Sequence record: MZ475898.1
DNA length: 64,000 bases
Direction: 5' to 3' (one strand)
Shown here: positions 47,313 through 57,507 of the stretch, in pieces
How the letters are laid out: each line of letters begins with the position of its first letter
Position numbering within the stretch: the first letter of the stretch is position 1
Position numbers and translations under genes: made by a program
The notes under the pieces: generated by a model
Databases searched by the model: none
What the model saw: only the letters and a program-made list of their open reading frames with translations
What the model was told of the DNA's origin: nothing

Positions 47313-50300
47313 ATGTCCGAGAACAATCAAAGCGGAGCTACTCGCTTCGGCACAGAAGTGCAGGCCGGCATCGCAGAAGCGCAACGCCGTGCTAACTCTG
47401 CTGAGAGTGGCAAGCTGAACAAATGCACGATCATCGTGCTGACTTCGATTGACGCCAACCAGCGTTACTCTTATCTGTCCGCAGACGAACAACTGCGCGA
47501 AGAACTGGTGCGTGGTAAAGTAATCAATCGTCTTCCTGATCTGTTAGAGCGTGCTGGTGGTAATACCGCTGCTGACAATAACAGCGCGTTCCACATCCTG
47601 CACCCGAACAACGGTGTGCCTACCTCGATCGATGCTCGCATCAAAGTGGGCGAAGGCAATGCGGTCATTCTGTCATATACTGTAAACAAAGCAGTGACAG
47701 AGATGCACGGTAGCTTATCGCTTGCTCTGTTTGCATCTGGCGCCGAAGACTTAAATGATCTGGCCGCTGATTTCGGTATTCACGCAATTGCGATTGTTGA
47801 AGAATCGAAAGCCGCTGAGTTCATCAAAGGACTTGAAGCTCAGGTGGAAGCGTTGAATATTGTAAATCTCACTAGCATTGATGATTCTAACGATTCGTTA
47901 GACCTGCCAGTGATTGACTTCGCTGCATTAGCGGGCAATCCTACAACAGTGCTTACGGGCGCTGTGCGTACCTTCATCATGCAATCAATCAGCGGCGAAG
48001 TCTTCGCTGCAATCCCTAATAACGGAGAACTGAACGTGAAAAACGATAACGTGGCTCAGCCTGCTGACCTGGAAGAAGACTTCGACAACAATGATGAGAT
48101 TGTTGATCAGAACGGCGGCGAAGGCGAAGTTACTGGCGAAGAGCTGCTGGGCTACAAAGCAGAAAATCTTTCGCTCGACCAAATGCGTAGTGCGCTTGAA
48201 GCGATCAACTACGACCTGTCTGAAATGACGGAAGAAGCAATCCGTGAAGCGTTCGAAACTGAACAGAACCTTTACCTGGGTGGTGGCGATGATGAATCTT
48301 CCGAAGAAGAGGAAGATGAAGACGCCGCTGATGTTGACAGCGACGACGAAGAAGAGGAAGAAGACGAGGAGTTCGATGCTCCTGCGTATCTGGCTCAAGC
48401 GCTCGCTGCTGAAAACTTTAGCCGTAGCGATCTGAAACTGCTGGTCAAGTCGCAAGACCTGAAAGTGATGAAGAACGACACTCCTGAAACTCTGGTGCAG
48501 AAGCTGCTGGATCTGGTACAGGATGCATCGTCTGATGAAGTGTTCGAACTGATCACTGTGTTCGTTGAACTGCTGGACGAGCACGGCGTTGAATGTGACG
48601 CGCTGCGTGCTACCATCGCTGAGGATGAAAGCGATGAAGACGAAGAAGAGGACGGCGAAGACGAAGACGCCGATGAAGATGGCGACGACGAAGAAGAGGA
48701 AGATGAAGAGGAGTCTGATGAAGACGAATCTGAAACCGAATCTGACGACGAACCAGCAACGCTGTTTTCTCCCTCTGACGTTACTGATCCTCTCGACTAC
48801 TTCCAGTTCGAAGGTGGTGACCTGACTCACGAACAACGCGCCGCTGCCGTACAGGCGATGGGCTCAAGCACCGCCGGTCTGAACATCGTTCAGGTCATGA
48901 AAGCGTTCAATCAAATCCGTTCGCAGTCTAACGCGATTGACATTGCCGCTGATGAAGCAGACTCTGCGCTGTACGATGTGCTGACTGCGCTGCCGTATGC
49001 AACGCTGCTGAGCTTCGCTCAAGAGATTGAGCTGGACGTTGATGGCGAAGAGTCTGCCGAAGATCTCGTCACTCTGCTGATGGACGAATCTACTGCCGAC
49101 AGCGATACGCTGAAAGCGTTGGCGTATGTGTTCGAAACCTACGGCGGCCTGGGTGTTGAAGCAGATGATATCCTGCTGATGGACTGGCATGAAGCGCTGG
49201 CGCTGGTTATTCCTGTGTATGCATCGTCAGACGAAGTTGAGTCCGATGCAGAAGAAGACGAAGACGTTATCGCTGATGAAGATTCGTCTAACGCTAACCT
49301 GAAGTTCCTGAAATCTGTTGACGTCAACAACCCTGTCGGCCCGATGCTCGAAGTTGATATGGACCGCACTCTGGTTATCAACTACACCTTCACTGACGGT
49401 AACACTTACCGCGATGTGCAAGATGAGCTGGCTGATATCGGTGGCGTTAACTACCGCTTCCCGTTCAATCTGGGCAAAGCTGGTAAAGCAAACAAGAGCA
49501 GCGCGCCTGGTAGCCTGATTGCTCCTGCTGAACATCTGATCGCAATGTTAGACCGCGCCGGTACTACTCGCTTCTTAGCTGACCCGAACACCTTCGATGT
49601 TGGTGTGTGGGCAGAATCTCTGGAGCGTATGCTGAACGCAGAAATCGCTAACAACCTGTACGCTGGTCGCATTGAAGACGGCGCTGACCCGCAGCAAGCT
49701 GGCATCGTAGTCGGTGACTTCATCGATGAAGACGAGCAAGCAGAAGTTGCTGACCTCGGCCTGCTGGATGAAGATGAGCTGGAAGCGTACACTGGTGATC
49801 ATCTGCCGATTGCAAGCCTGTACAATGCGCAAGCCCGCGTCCGTCCAGTCAACGTCGATAGCTCTTACGTTGCACTGAGCACCGTAGTGCTGAACGTTGC
49901 AGTCCCTGGCTTCTGGTGTGACTCTGATGTTGGCCGTCTGGTGCAAGCGTGTGTTAATCGCGTAATCAGCCTGGCGGAAAGCGTTGAAGGCATCAAAGTG
50001 TATGCAGGCTTCACTCTGGAATCTGCTGCGCTGCTGAACAACGGTCGCCTGTACGAAGTTGTTGGTGCGCTGCGTGAGATGGACGGTGTGCAGTCTTACT
50101 CTGCCGCTGACGCTGCTAACTTCTCAGAAGCGGAAGACATTATCGAAGTAGCGTCTTCTATCGATGATCGTGACCTGCCGTTCACTGTACTGGCAAGCGG
50201 CCTGTCTGGCGCAACGTTTGAAAACGGCGGTGACCTGACCGTGCTGGTTCCGTGCTCTGTCTTCGACGAAGAGGAAGATGAGTCCGAAGAGGACGAGTCA

Positions 50301-50318
50301 GAAGAAGACGAAGAGTAA
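47313..50318 (+). CDS. very large acidic protein with several HeH-like modules
   Basis: 1001 aa, D/E-rich tracts, hairpin SD, strong codon bias. Confidence 0.92.
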   Translation: MSENNQSGATRFGTEVQAGIAEAQRRANSAESGKLNKCTIIVLTSIDANQRYSYLSADEQLREELVRGKVINRLPDLLERAGGNTAADNNSAFHILHPNNGVPTSIDARIKVGEGNAVILSYTVNKAVTEMHGSLSLALFASGAEDLNDLAADFGIHAIAIVEESKAAEFIKGLEAQVEALNIVNLTSIDDSNDSLDLPVIDFAALAGNPTTVLTGAVRTFIMQSISGEVFAAIPNNGELNVKNDNVAQPADLEEDFDNNDEIVDQNGGEGEVTGEELLGYKAENLSLDQMRSALEAINYDLSEMTEEAIREAFETEQNLYLGGGDDESSEEEEDEDAADVDSDDEEEEEDEEFDAPAYLAQALAAENFSRSDLKLLVKSQDLKVMKNDTPETLVQKLLDLVQDASSDEVFELITVFVELLDEHGVECDALRATIAEDESDEDEEEDGEDEDADEDGDDEEEEDEEESDEDESETESDDEPATLFSPSDVTDPLDYFQFEGGDLTHEQRAAAVQAMGSSTAGLNIVQVMKAFNQIRSQSNAIDIAADEADSALYDVLTALPYATLLSFAQEIELDVDGEESAEDLVTLLMDESTADSDTLKALAYVFETYGGLGVEADDILLMDWHEALALVIPVYASSDEVESDAEEDEDVIADEDSSNANLKFLKSVDVNNPVGPMLEVDMDRTLVINYTFTDGNTYRDVQDELADIGGVNYRFPFNLGKAGKANKSSAPGSLIAPAEHLIAMLDRAGTTRFLADPNTFDVGVWAESLERMLNAEIANNLYAGRIEDGADPQQAGIVVGDFIDEDEQAEVADLGLLDEDELEAYTGDHLPIASLYNAQARVRPVNVDSSYVALSTVVLNVAVPGFWCDSDVGRLVQACVNRVISLAESVEGIKVYAGFTLESAALLNNGRLYEVVGALREMDGVQSYSAADAANFSEAEDIIEVASSIDDRDLPFTVLASGLSGATFENGGDLTVLVPCSVFDEEEDESEEDESEEDEE

Positions 50319-50325
50319 TTGACAT

Positions 50326-50343
50326 GCGGTCCTTCGGGGCCGC
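50326..50343 (+). terminator. UUCG-tetraloop hairpin
   Basis: GCGGTCCTTCGGGGCCGC followed by AATCTTTCT; identical to 3190-3207. Confidence 0.55.
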
Positions 50344-50369
50344 AATCTTTCTCAACAGGAACTGTCTAA

Positions 50370-51191
50370 ATGTCAGAACAAGTTGACCACGCAACTAACA
50401 TCATTAAGATGGTTAGTGACCGTGATGCTAAGATTAGCGAGCTGTCCGTTACGGCAAACGAGCTGCAAGGTCAGGTTAATGACTATGCAGCCGAACTCGC
50501 CGCATCTGCTGTGCGTGAAACTGCATTGCGTTTGAAGCTACGTTCTCAAGAGCGCCAGACGAATACTGATTTAGTTCGTCTGGAAACTCGCACGAAAGAG
50601 CTGGTGGATATTTCAAACACTCAGATGGCCGAAAGCAACGAGCTTAAAGCACGCGTTGAAGAAATGAACGCTAAGCTGGCGCAAGTTGACCCGATGCCGT
50701 TCGTGCTGCATCTGGTTGCTGTGCAAGCCGCATCTGTGTTCTCGTACATGGTGCAGTCGTTTGCTCATGCTCATGTTAACCAGCGCACCAACGATACCAC
50801 ACGCACACTCAGTGCTCTGATGGTAGGCGAGACAGCGCGGCGCTATCAGTCTTTCGAAAAGACCATCGCTCGCTACTGCAACTCGATTGGCGCTGAACGT
50901 CCGAAAGCAAATGATGTGCGTAACGCTTTCCCTGACTTCATGCGTAATGAAGCTGATTTATTCTGTAAAGACCCGAAGTACAGTCACGATTGCATGGCGT
51001 TAGCTGCTATGCTTAATCTGCCTCGTACATCGTGGATGTATCGAAAGTCTCTGGACGCCGTAAACCACTTCGCGTGGATTGCAGCTTTCGAAGGCAGTCC
51101 TCAAGAGTTTGAGTCAGAATCAGATTACAACGAATTATACGTTAACTCGCTTATCGATATTGCAAGCGCGTTAATCGGGCAAAACTTTTAA
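50370..51191 (+). CDS. hypothetical protein with N-terminal coiled coil
   Basis: 273 aa; heptad-like N-terminal half. Confidence 0.85.
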   Translation: MSEQVDHATNIIKMVSDRDAKISELSVTANELQGQVNDYAAELAASAVRETALRLKLRSQERQTNTDLVRLETRTKELVDISNTQMAESNELKARVEEMNAKLAQVDPMPFVLHLVAVQAASVFSYMVQSFAHAHVNQRTNDTTRTLSALMVGETARRYQSFEKTIARYCNSIGAERPKANDVRNAFPDFMRNEADLFCKDPKYSHDCMALAAMLNLPRTSWMYRKSLDAVNHFAWIAAFEGSPQEFESESDYNELYVNSLIDIASALIGQNF

Positions 51192-51236
51192 TCTGTAAAA
51201 CTTCCCTGTGATTTATTCTGTAAACACTAATTGAAG
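51190..51236 (+). promoter_or_regulatory. TCTGTAAA motif pair 1
   Basis: AATCTGTAAAA (51190) and TCTGTAAACACTAATTGAAG (51217). Confidence 0.55.
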
Positions 51237-51286
51237 TTCGCAACGGGCAAAAGCCCAAATCGAAAAATTAACGGAGTTCCACTACA

Positions 51287-51856
51287 ATGGCAAAAGCTAC
51301 TAAGTCAACTAACCTGGTTCCTACCCTGGTTTCTCGCATCGCTAAAAAGTCTGGCTCTATCGGTACTTCGAAAGCAAAAGCAACTGACCTGCCGCATGAC
51401 ATTCTGATCGAATCTCAGCACGTTGTCGAAATCATCGGTTATATCACTGACCGTTCTGCGAACCACGTTACTCTGCGTCACAAAAAAGGCCACGGTTCTT
51501 CTTCTCAGATCGTTTCAACCTTCGGCCCGGGTCAACTGCTGACCGTTCTGGGTGAAGCTGGTTCACACGGTTCTGTGCGTGCGCTGATTACTGCTCCGGT
51601 CTGCGAACTGAAAGGCTTCACCATTAAGTATGACGGCGATACCATCATCGCTACTTCTATCGAAACTGGCGAAGTGATTCACGTTAACACCCAGCTGGCC
51701 GGTCACACCGTTCGCGCTACTGTGAACGAAACTGCCGCCGCTAAGAAATACGGCACGCCTGCTCCAGGCAAAGGCAAGAAAGATGCTAAGCCTGCTAAAG
51801 CAGACAAAGCAGCGAAAGGCGGTAAGAAAAAGAAAGGTAGCGACGAAGACTTTTAA
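51287..51856 (+). CDS. highly expressed hypothetical protein with beta-rich core and basic tail
   Basis: 189 aa; tail KADKAAKGGKKKKGSDEDF; strong codon bias. Confidence 0.88.
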   Translation: MAKATKSTNLVPTLVSRIAKKSGSIGTSKAKATDLPHDILIESQHVVEIIGYITDRSANHVTLRHKKGHGSSSQIVSTFGPGQLLTVLGEAGSHGSVRALITAPVCELKGFTIKYDGDTIIATSIETGEVIHVNTQLAGHTVRATVNETAAAKKYGTPAPGKGKKDAKPAKADKAAKGGKKKKGSDEDF

Positions 51857-51869
51857 TCGCTGATCTGAA

Positions 51870-51949
51870 AATCTGTAAAAACTGATTATGCAGAGCAACA
51901 AAAATAAAGTTGCTCTGCCGTTAAACGAATCTGTAAACATTAATTGAAG
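51870..51949 (+). promoter_or_regulatory. TCTGTAAA motif pair 2 flanking a hairpin
   Basis: AATCTGTAAAA (51870), GCAGAGCAAC/GTTGCTCTGC hairpin, TCTGTAAACATTAATTGAAG (51930). Confidence 0.55.
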
Positions 51950-51985
51950 CAAGTCGCTTCTCATCCCATACAGGAAATAAAAACC

Positions 51986-52786
51986 ATGGCTAAATCTGCT
52001 AAAGTAACCGTAACCGTCGCACAGAAAGTTCTGGCTCAGATGCTGGGTGTTGTTGTAGCGAACGCAAGCGAGAAAGAACTCGTTGCGATTCTGTCTGACC
52101 TGGGCCTGACTGTTGCTGCGAAAGGTAAAGGTGCTAAAGCTGAGAAAGCTGCGAAGGGCGGCAAGAAAGCTAAAGCCGCTACCGTTGCTCAGATCGTTAA
52201 GGCCGTTGAAGAAGAGGAAGCTATCTCCCTCGACGGCGTGAGTGAAGATGACCTGCGTGCAGCGGTCGTCAAAGCTAAGCTGGCTAAGGCCAACAAAGCT
52301 AAAGCGCTGGACGAAGAGGAGTTGACTGAACTCCTGACCGACGCAATGGGTGCCGAGTCTGATGAAGACGAGGAAGAGGACGAAGAAGAAGAGGACGAGG
52401 ACGAAGACGAGGACGAAGACGACTCGGACGACGAAGACGAAGATGAAGACGACGAGGACTCAGATGATGAAGATGAGGACGAAGACGACGAAGATTCGGA
52501 CGACGAAGACGAGGACGAAGATGATGAGGAGGAAGACGAAGACGAGGATGAAGATGAGGACGAAGATGAAGATCTCGACCTCGACGGCCTCGACGAAGAC
52601 GAACTCCGCGCCCTCGTGATCGATAACAAGCTGGCCACTAAGGCCAAAGCTAAAAAGATGGACGAAGACGAACTTCGTGAACTGTGTGAATCCCACTTCG
52701 GCGGCGACGATGAAGACGAAGACGAAGATGAGGACGAAGACGATGAAGACTTCGACGATGAAGACGAAGACGAAGACGACGAATAA
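51986..52786 (+). CDS. poly-acidic protein with two HeH-like modules
   Basis: 266 aa; ATG 51986 after AGGA; about 70-residue D/E/S tract including DSDDEDEDEDDE x3. Confidence 0.9.
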   Translation: MAKSAKVTVTVAQKVLAQMLGVVVANASEKELVAILSDLGLTVAAKGKGAKAEKAAKGGKKAKAATVAQIVKAVEEEEAISLDGVSEDDLRAAVVKAKLAKANKAKALDEEELTELLTDAMGAESDEDEEEDEEEEDEDEDEDEDDSDDEDEDEDDEDSDDEDEDEDDEDSDDEDEDEDDEEEDEDEDEDEDEDEDLDLDGLDEDELRALVIDNKLATKAKAKKMDEDELRELCESHFGGDDEDEDEDEDEDDEDFDDEDEDEDDE

Positions 52787-52999
52787 GTCCTGATCTGCCG
52801 CTGCCCTGCAAGACTGATGAGTGTCTGCGCAGGGCAAGAAATATTCGAAAAATAGTTCGAATTATTTCGCAAAAAGTTTGAAAAATTCCTGTCGTTGTTT
52901 ATTGCACATAGTAATATTCGACTACAGGAATTAAACCTGAAAAATTTTACTTTTATCCAACGCGACGAGTCGCACACAATAAATTCACGGAGCATTACG

Positions 53000-53512
53000 A
53001 TGACTAAGAAAATCATTTCTGGCCTGAACAAAAACCTGAAAGCTATCGCTAAATCAGAAGCTGCCCTGGCCAAAACTGTTGTTGCTACCAACAAAGAGAT
53101 CGAAAACCTGGGTTCACAGCGTGCTGGTATCGAAGCGCAGATCGCTGAACTGTCTGGTGTTGCTGCTCCTGCCAAAGCTGATAAAAAAGCTAAAGGCGCG
53201 AAAGCAGAAAAAGCGGCCAAGCCTGCTAAAGCTGAAAAAGCAGCTAAAGCCGGTAAGAAAGAAAAAGCTGCTAAAGCTGAAAAGCCAGCCAAAGCTGATA
53301 AAAAAGCGAAAGGCGCCAAAGCTGAAAAAGCTGCTAAGCCTGCTAAAGCTGAAAAAGCTGGCAAGAAAGAAAAAGCTGCTACCAAGCCTGCTAAAGCTGA
53401 TAAAAAAGCTAAAGGCGCCAAGGCCGACAAAGCTGCTAAAGGCGGTAAAGCTGACAAAGCCGGTAAGAAAAAGAAAGCGCAGTCTGATGACTTCGAATTC
53501 GAAATGGAATAA
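53000..53512 (+). CDS. histone H1-like Lys/Ala-rich protein with N-terminal coiled coil
   Basis: 170 aa; ATG 53000 after GGAG; PAKADKKAKGAKA(E/D)KAAK x3; acidic tip SDDFEFEME. Confidence 0.85.
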   Translation: MTKKIISGLNKNLKAIAKSEAALAKTVVATNKEIENLGSQRAGIEAQIAELSGVAAPAKADKKAKGAKAEKAAKPAKAEKAAKAGKKEKAAKAEKPAKADKKAKGAKAEKAAKPAKAEKAGKKEKAATKPAKADKKAKGAKADKAAKGGKADKAGKKKKAQSDDFEFEME

Positions 53513-53609
53513 GCAAGCGGTCGCATAGCGCGATAACTTGATCGAGAGGGCAGCGCTGACGGGCGTTTGCCCTCTTGTCGTATCTATCTCATTTTCGAGG
53601 CTCTTTAAA

Positions 53610-54095
53610 ATGTCCAAACAAGAAGTATTCAACAGGCTTGATGATCTTCACTCCAAAGAACGTGAGCGCAGCAAACAAGCCAAGCAAGGCCCCTCCTATT
53701 TCGAACTGACGAACCTGCGTATTGAAGCAGCCGCTCGTCTAGCTCGTGCCCTCCAAACTCTCAAAGCCGCAAACGTTGTTGGTGACGTTGAAGGTATCTC
53801 TCTGCAGGAAGATGCGCTTGAAGTCGCTCAAGCCTACTGGACTGCTATCTTAGATGGCTTAACCCCTGTAGCAGTTGATGGCTCGCCTATGCGCAAGCTG
53901 CTTGCTGGTATGCCTGCATGTATCGAAGCGTTCCGTGTTGTAGTAATGGAAAGCGCTATGCGTGAACATCTGGTCGTTCAATGCAATGCGATTGCAGATG
54001 ACATTAAGGGTTTCCCGCAACTGACTGGGCATGTTCTGCCTACTATTCAACACACCTGCGAAGAGGGATGCAACTGTGGCTCAATCACTGAGTGA
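53610..54095 (+). CDS. hypothetical protein
   Basis: ATG 53610 after GAGG; C-terminal HTCEEGCNCG. Confidence 0.75.
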   Translation: MSKQEVFNRLDDLHSKERERSKQAKQGPSYFELTNLRIEAAARLARALQTLKAANVVGDVEGISLQEDALEVAQAYWTAILDGLTPVAVDGSPMRKLLAGMPACIEAFRVVVMESAMREHLVVQCNAIADDIKGFPQLTGHVLPTIQHTCEEGCNCGSITE

Positions 54096-54846
54096 AAAGA
54101 TTAACCGTTACTTCAATCTGATGGAGGACATCCGTGCTGAGATGTTCCGCGTGATTGATGTATCTGACCGTTACTTCGGTATTGTTAGTTTCAACACTAA
54201 CATGCAGGCACTGCAAACCACACTGGTGAGCAAGTCCACCCTGATGGAAGTTAAGCTGCTTGAGGGTATCAAAGGAGCGGAGCTGATTGCGTTTGGCAAT
54301 ATGGTTCACACTGTAGAGCAATGGGTTGCTGGTGGCATGAAGGGCGCTTTCCCTATCGAGCAGACCAAAGACGTGTATGCCAAATATCGCGCTGCTACCT
54401 CAGATGGGCCACAGGCACAGAACGAACCTGAGCCTGCTAATGTACCTCAGACTGATGCAGATGTGTTAGATCCCCAAGAGCTGGACAATATCAAAGTTCA
54501 ACTTCTGTCCTTCGATGACTCTGAACTGATCGACCATGCTGCTCAGTTTAAACTCGGCACTCGTACACGCCTGCGTTGCATGGGCCGTGACGATCTGCTG
54601 GACATGCTGTTTGACCATCATGGTATCTATGCAGAAAACGACCAGCGCCGCAATGAAAGTGTCGCAGACTGGTTAGAGCGCATACCTCTTGATGATGCGC
54701 TCCGTGAAGTCGACCGCATAGATGATAGCAGTGTACTTGATCACGTTGCGGACGATATGAGCGTTATGTCGGGCGTTAATGACGCTGTGACGCGAGCGCG
54801 TATAAAGCAGTCGCTGAAAGAGCTACACACTAAGCCTGCGCAGTAA
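54076..54846 (+). CDS. hypothetical protein with HeH-like module(s)
   Basis: GTG 54076 after GAGGG; LLSFDDSELIDHAAQFKL..MGRDDLLDML. Confidence 0.75.
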   Translation: MAQSLSEKINRYFNLMEDIRAEMFRVIDVSDRYFGIVSFNTNMQALQTTLVSKSTLMEVKLLEGIKGAELIAFGNMVHTVEQWVAGGMKGAFPIEQTKDVYAKYRAATSDGPQAQNEPEPANVPQTDADVLDPQELDNIKVQLLSFDDSELIDHAAQFKLGTRTRLRCMGRDDLLDMLFDHHGIYAENDQRRNESVADWLERIPLDDALREVDRIDDSSVLDHVADDMSVMSGVNDAVTRARIKQSLKELHTKPAQ

Positions 54847-54861
54847 GTCAAATTTGTCTCT

Positions 54862-54915
54862 ACACTAAGCTGGACAGATCGTGGGTAGCGTCTGACGCTC
54901 TGCCTATGTTATAAT
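54862..54915 (+). promoter_or_regulatory. Box promoter P12 (upstream of gyrB)
   Basis: ACACTAAGCTGGACAGATC, 29 nt, then TATAAT (54910) preceded by TGT. Confidence 0.7.
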
Positions 54916-54986
54916 ACATATAGGACAAGTAGTGTCTGAATATGCTAATATCGAGTGGTCAACGCTACTCATTAGGAGAAACGAAA

Positions 54987-57014
54987 ATGGCGAAAACGCC
55001 TAAAGCCGCAAAAGTCAAAAAGGGTGACGGCTCCCAAGATGGCTTCACTATCGCAGAAGGCCTCGACGGGATTCGATTAAACCCTGGCATGTACATGGGT
55101 CAACAGGGTGCGGACATGGCGTATCGCGCTGTGAAAGAACCTGTGGACAATGACTACGATGAATACATCGCAGGTCGTAACAAGTTGATCGAAGTGGTCA
55201 TTGATTACGATAGCGACCTGAACATCGTAGCTGACCAAGCAGGCGGCATTCCTACCGATTTCAAGAAACTGAAAGACGGTACGAAAGAAACGATCATGAC
55301 CGCAGCGTTTAGCCGTGTTCATGCGGGTGGTAAATTCAACGATCAGGCATATAAGACCTCTGCTGGTACACACGGTGTAGGTGTAGCGGCACTGAACGCA
55401 ATCTCCAGTCAGTTGCGCGTGTGGTCAATGTACAAAGGTAGTTGCGCTTATCAGATGTGGCAGTGCGGCGAAGTCAAGTCTGGCAAAGACCCTAAGAAAG
55501 TCAAGACCATCGACAAAGACGTTATGAGCCTGCTGCGCGATAAGAAGCACAGCAAGTACGGTACTGTGGTAGCGTGGACGCTTGACCAGACCGTTGTGTC
55601 CGCTGATGCACAGCGCGGTAAGAAGCTGCCTAAGAACTATCGCCACGCTGCTCCAAACCCAGCTCAGCTTGGTGAGTGGCTGCGTAACATGTCAATGCTC
55701 AACCCAGGCCTTGAGATTCGCCTGACGTTGATCAAGAAGGGCAAGCGTAAAGAGTTCACGTTCATCAACAAAAAAGACCTGAACTATGTTGTGAAGACTA
55801 TGTGTGAAGAACGCGAGCTGGGAACTGTCGGCAAGCCGTTCATCTTCAAGTCTGACAATATCACTGCTGCGCTTGCTTGGACAGATCATGCAGACACTGA
55901 CAACTTCCTCAGTTTCGTTAACACCAGCCCAACAGTTGATGGCGGGTGGCACGTAGTAGGTTTCCGTGATGCGCTGTTTGATGCAATCAAGCCGTTCATG
56001 AAAGAACCGAAAGGTAAGGGCAAGAAGAAGAAGCAGGGCTTCAAACAAGAAGACTTGTTGATTGGCCTGACCGGTATGTTCGACTGGCGTATGCACGGTG
56101 CTCAGTACACCTCGCAGGTAAAAGACAAGCTGGCCAGCCGCGTCGAGAAGGACGTGTACGAAATGCTGAAAGATGCTTTCGTGAAATACTTCAAGGACAA
56201 TAAGAAGGTCGCTACGACAATCATCAAACGTGCCGAAGCGATGAACAAGGGACGTGAAGAACTCAGCGCTGTCGTTAAGTCTATGGCTGACACGAAGAAG
56301 AAGCTGAAAGGCAACGCACTGCCTGCCGACCTCGTTGTCGCAAACAAGTGTAAGCCGCATGAGCGTGAGCTTGTCGTGGTGGAAGGGGACTCTGCTGGTG
56401 GTACTGCGAAAGATGCGCGTAACCCTGACTATCAGGAAGTTATGAAAGCTGGTGGTAAGCCGCTGAACGGTCTGAAAGCAAGTCTGGCTGACGTACTCAA
56501 GCACAAAGAAGTGCAGGGTATGCTGGTGAGTATCGGTGCCGACCTGAAGTCGCTTGACCCGAAAGCAGAAGCACCAAAGCTAAGCACAAAGAATCTGCGT
56601 ATCGGCAACATCCTGTTCCTTGCTGATGCTGACCCAGATGGCTTCCACATCAACGTGCTGTTCCTCGGCGTTATCTATCGCTTGCTGCCTGACTTGATGA
56701 AAGAAGGTCGTGTGTGGATTGTTGACGCACCGCTGTATAACGTTATTCATCAGGGCAAACACTACGGTGGTATGACGTTTGAAGAATGCCGTGCTAAAGC
56801 GCCGTCTGCTGTAAAAGACAAAGACATTGTACGCGCTAAAGGTTGGGGTGAAGTTGAACCTGACGTGCTTGAAGCAATCGCGTTCAATCCGAAAACTCGT
56901 CGTCTCATTCGTGTTAACCCGTTTGAGAACGTTGAGCAGGAGCGGTTCTTTAGAGGTGTAGTTGCAGAAGATGCAGTTCACCGTCGTCGCTTGCTCGGTC
57001 TGGAGGCAGCATAA
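54987..57014 (+). CDS. gyrB: Type IIA topoisomerase B subunit (GyrB/ParE-like)
   Basis: IRLNPGMYMG, KEPVDN, HAGGKF, GTHGVGV, DGGWHVVGF, VEGDSAGG, ADADPDGFHI, RAKGWGE; 675 aa from ATG 54987 after AGGAG. Confidence 0.93.
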   Translation: MAKTPKAAKVKKGDGSQDGFTIAEGLDGIRLNPGMYMGQQGADMAYRAVKEPVDNDYDEYIAGRNKLIEVVIDYDSDLNIVADQAGGIPTDFKKLKDGTKETIMTAAFSRVHAGGKFNDQAYKTSAGTHGVGVAALNAISSQLRVWSMYKGSCAYQMWQCGEVKSGKDPKKVKTIDKDVMSLLRDKKHSKYGTVVAWTLDQTVVSADAQRGKKLPKNYRHAAPNPAQLGEWLRNMSMLNPGLEIRLTLIKKGKRKEFTFINKKDLNYVVKTMCEERELGTVGKPFIFKSDNITAALAWTDHADTDNFLSFVNTSPTVDGGWHVVGFRDALFDAIKPFMKEPKGKGKKKKQGFKQEDLLIGLTGMFDWRMHGAQYTSQVKDKLASRVEKDVYEMLKDAFVKYFKDNKKVATTIIKRAEAMNKGREELSAVVKSMADTKKKLKGNALPADLVVANKCKPHERELVVVEGDSAGGTAKDARNPDYQEVMKAGGKPLNGLKASLADVLKHKEVQGMLVSIGADLKSLDPKAEAPKLSTKNLRIGNILFLADADPDGFHINVLFLGVIYRLLPDLMKEGRVWIVDAPLYNVIHQGKHYGGMTFEECRAKAPSAVKDKDIVRAKGWGEVEPDVLEAIAFNPKTRRLIRVNPFENVEQERFFRGVVAEDAVHRRRLLGLEAA

Positions 57015-57268
57015 TGGTTAAAAGTGAAAACCTATCCATCGGAACGCAAGTTCGTTTTCTCGATATGCCTGTCTTTCAGCACCCGCCAATGACCGAAGAA
57101 CAACGCAAGCAGTATGAAGCGTTAATGGCAAAAGGTCGTGAGTTGTCGAAAAACGTTACCGTATCTGCATTCAGTGTAGTTGATGGTAAGCCTGCTGAAC
57201 GTGTGCAGGTGCAGATGAGTCGCACAACTCTCGATAAGATTAATGCGATGCACTCAGGAGATCAGTAA
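57014..57268 (+). CDS. hypothetical protein
   Basis: 84 aa, TAATG overlap. Confidence 0.65.
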   Translation: MVKSENLSIGTQVRFLDMPVFQHPPMTEEQRKQYEALMAKGRELSKNVTVSAFSVVDGKPAERVQVQMSRTTLDKINAMHSGDQ

Positions 57269-57507
57269 TGCTCAAGGGTAAGAAAGTCAACCAAGCGCCG
57301 TCGCGTGCTGCACGAATCTTTCCTGTAGTCGCTGGTACAGAGCACTGGCCTATCCCGTTGTTCGATATGCCTGACATTCACATCAATATGAGCGATGACC
57401 AGAAAGCTCGTCTTGATTCTGCTATGGCTAACGTCAAGCAACACATTAAAGATAGCCCGTACAACGGGAAGCGATTCTTTACTATGCCTGGAGATGCTCA
57501 TGAATAA
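57268..57507 (+). CDS. hypothetical protein
   Basis: 79 aa, AGGAG RBS. Confidence 0.7.
   Translation: MLKGKKVNQAPSRAARIFPVVAGTEHWPIPLFDMPDIHINMSDDQKARLDSAMANVKQHIKDSPYNGKRFFTMPGDAHE

Noticed and set aside
52370-52580. Tandem GAC/GAA/GAT repeats that could be taken for a CRISPR or VNTR array
   Set aside because: In-frame coding low complexity (DSDDEDEDEDDE x3) with no repeat-spacer structure; the same applies to 43190-43260 and 53165-53460.
52814-52850. CTGATGA...GAAA resembling a hammerhead ribozyme core; also CTGACGA near 59514
   Set aside because: No G10.1-C11.1 closed stem II directly before GAAA and no consistent stems I and III with a UH site.
52189-53526. 445-aa minus-strand ORF (Ala/Leu/Phe/Ser-rich with poly-Ser)
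   Set aside because: Antisense shadow of the GAY/GAR and GCT/AAA repeats of the acidic and H1-like genes, whose reverse complements lack stops; no RBS or promoter.
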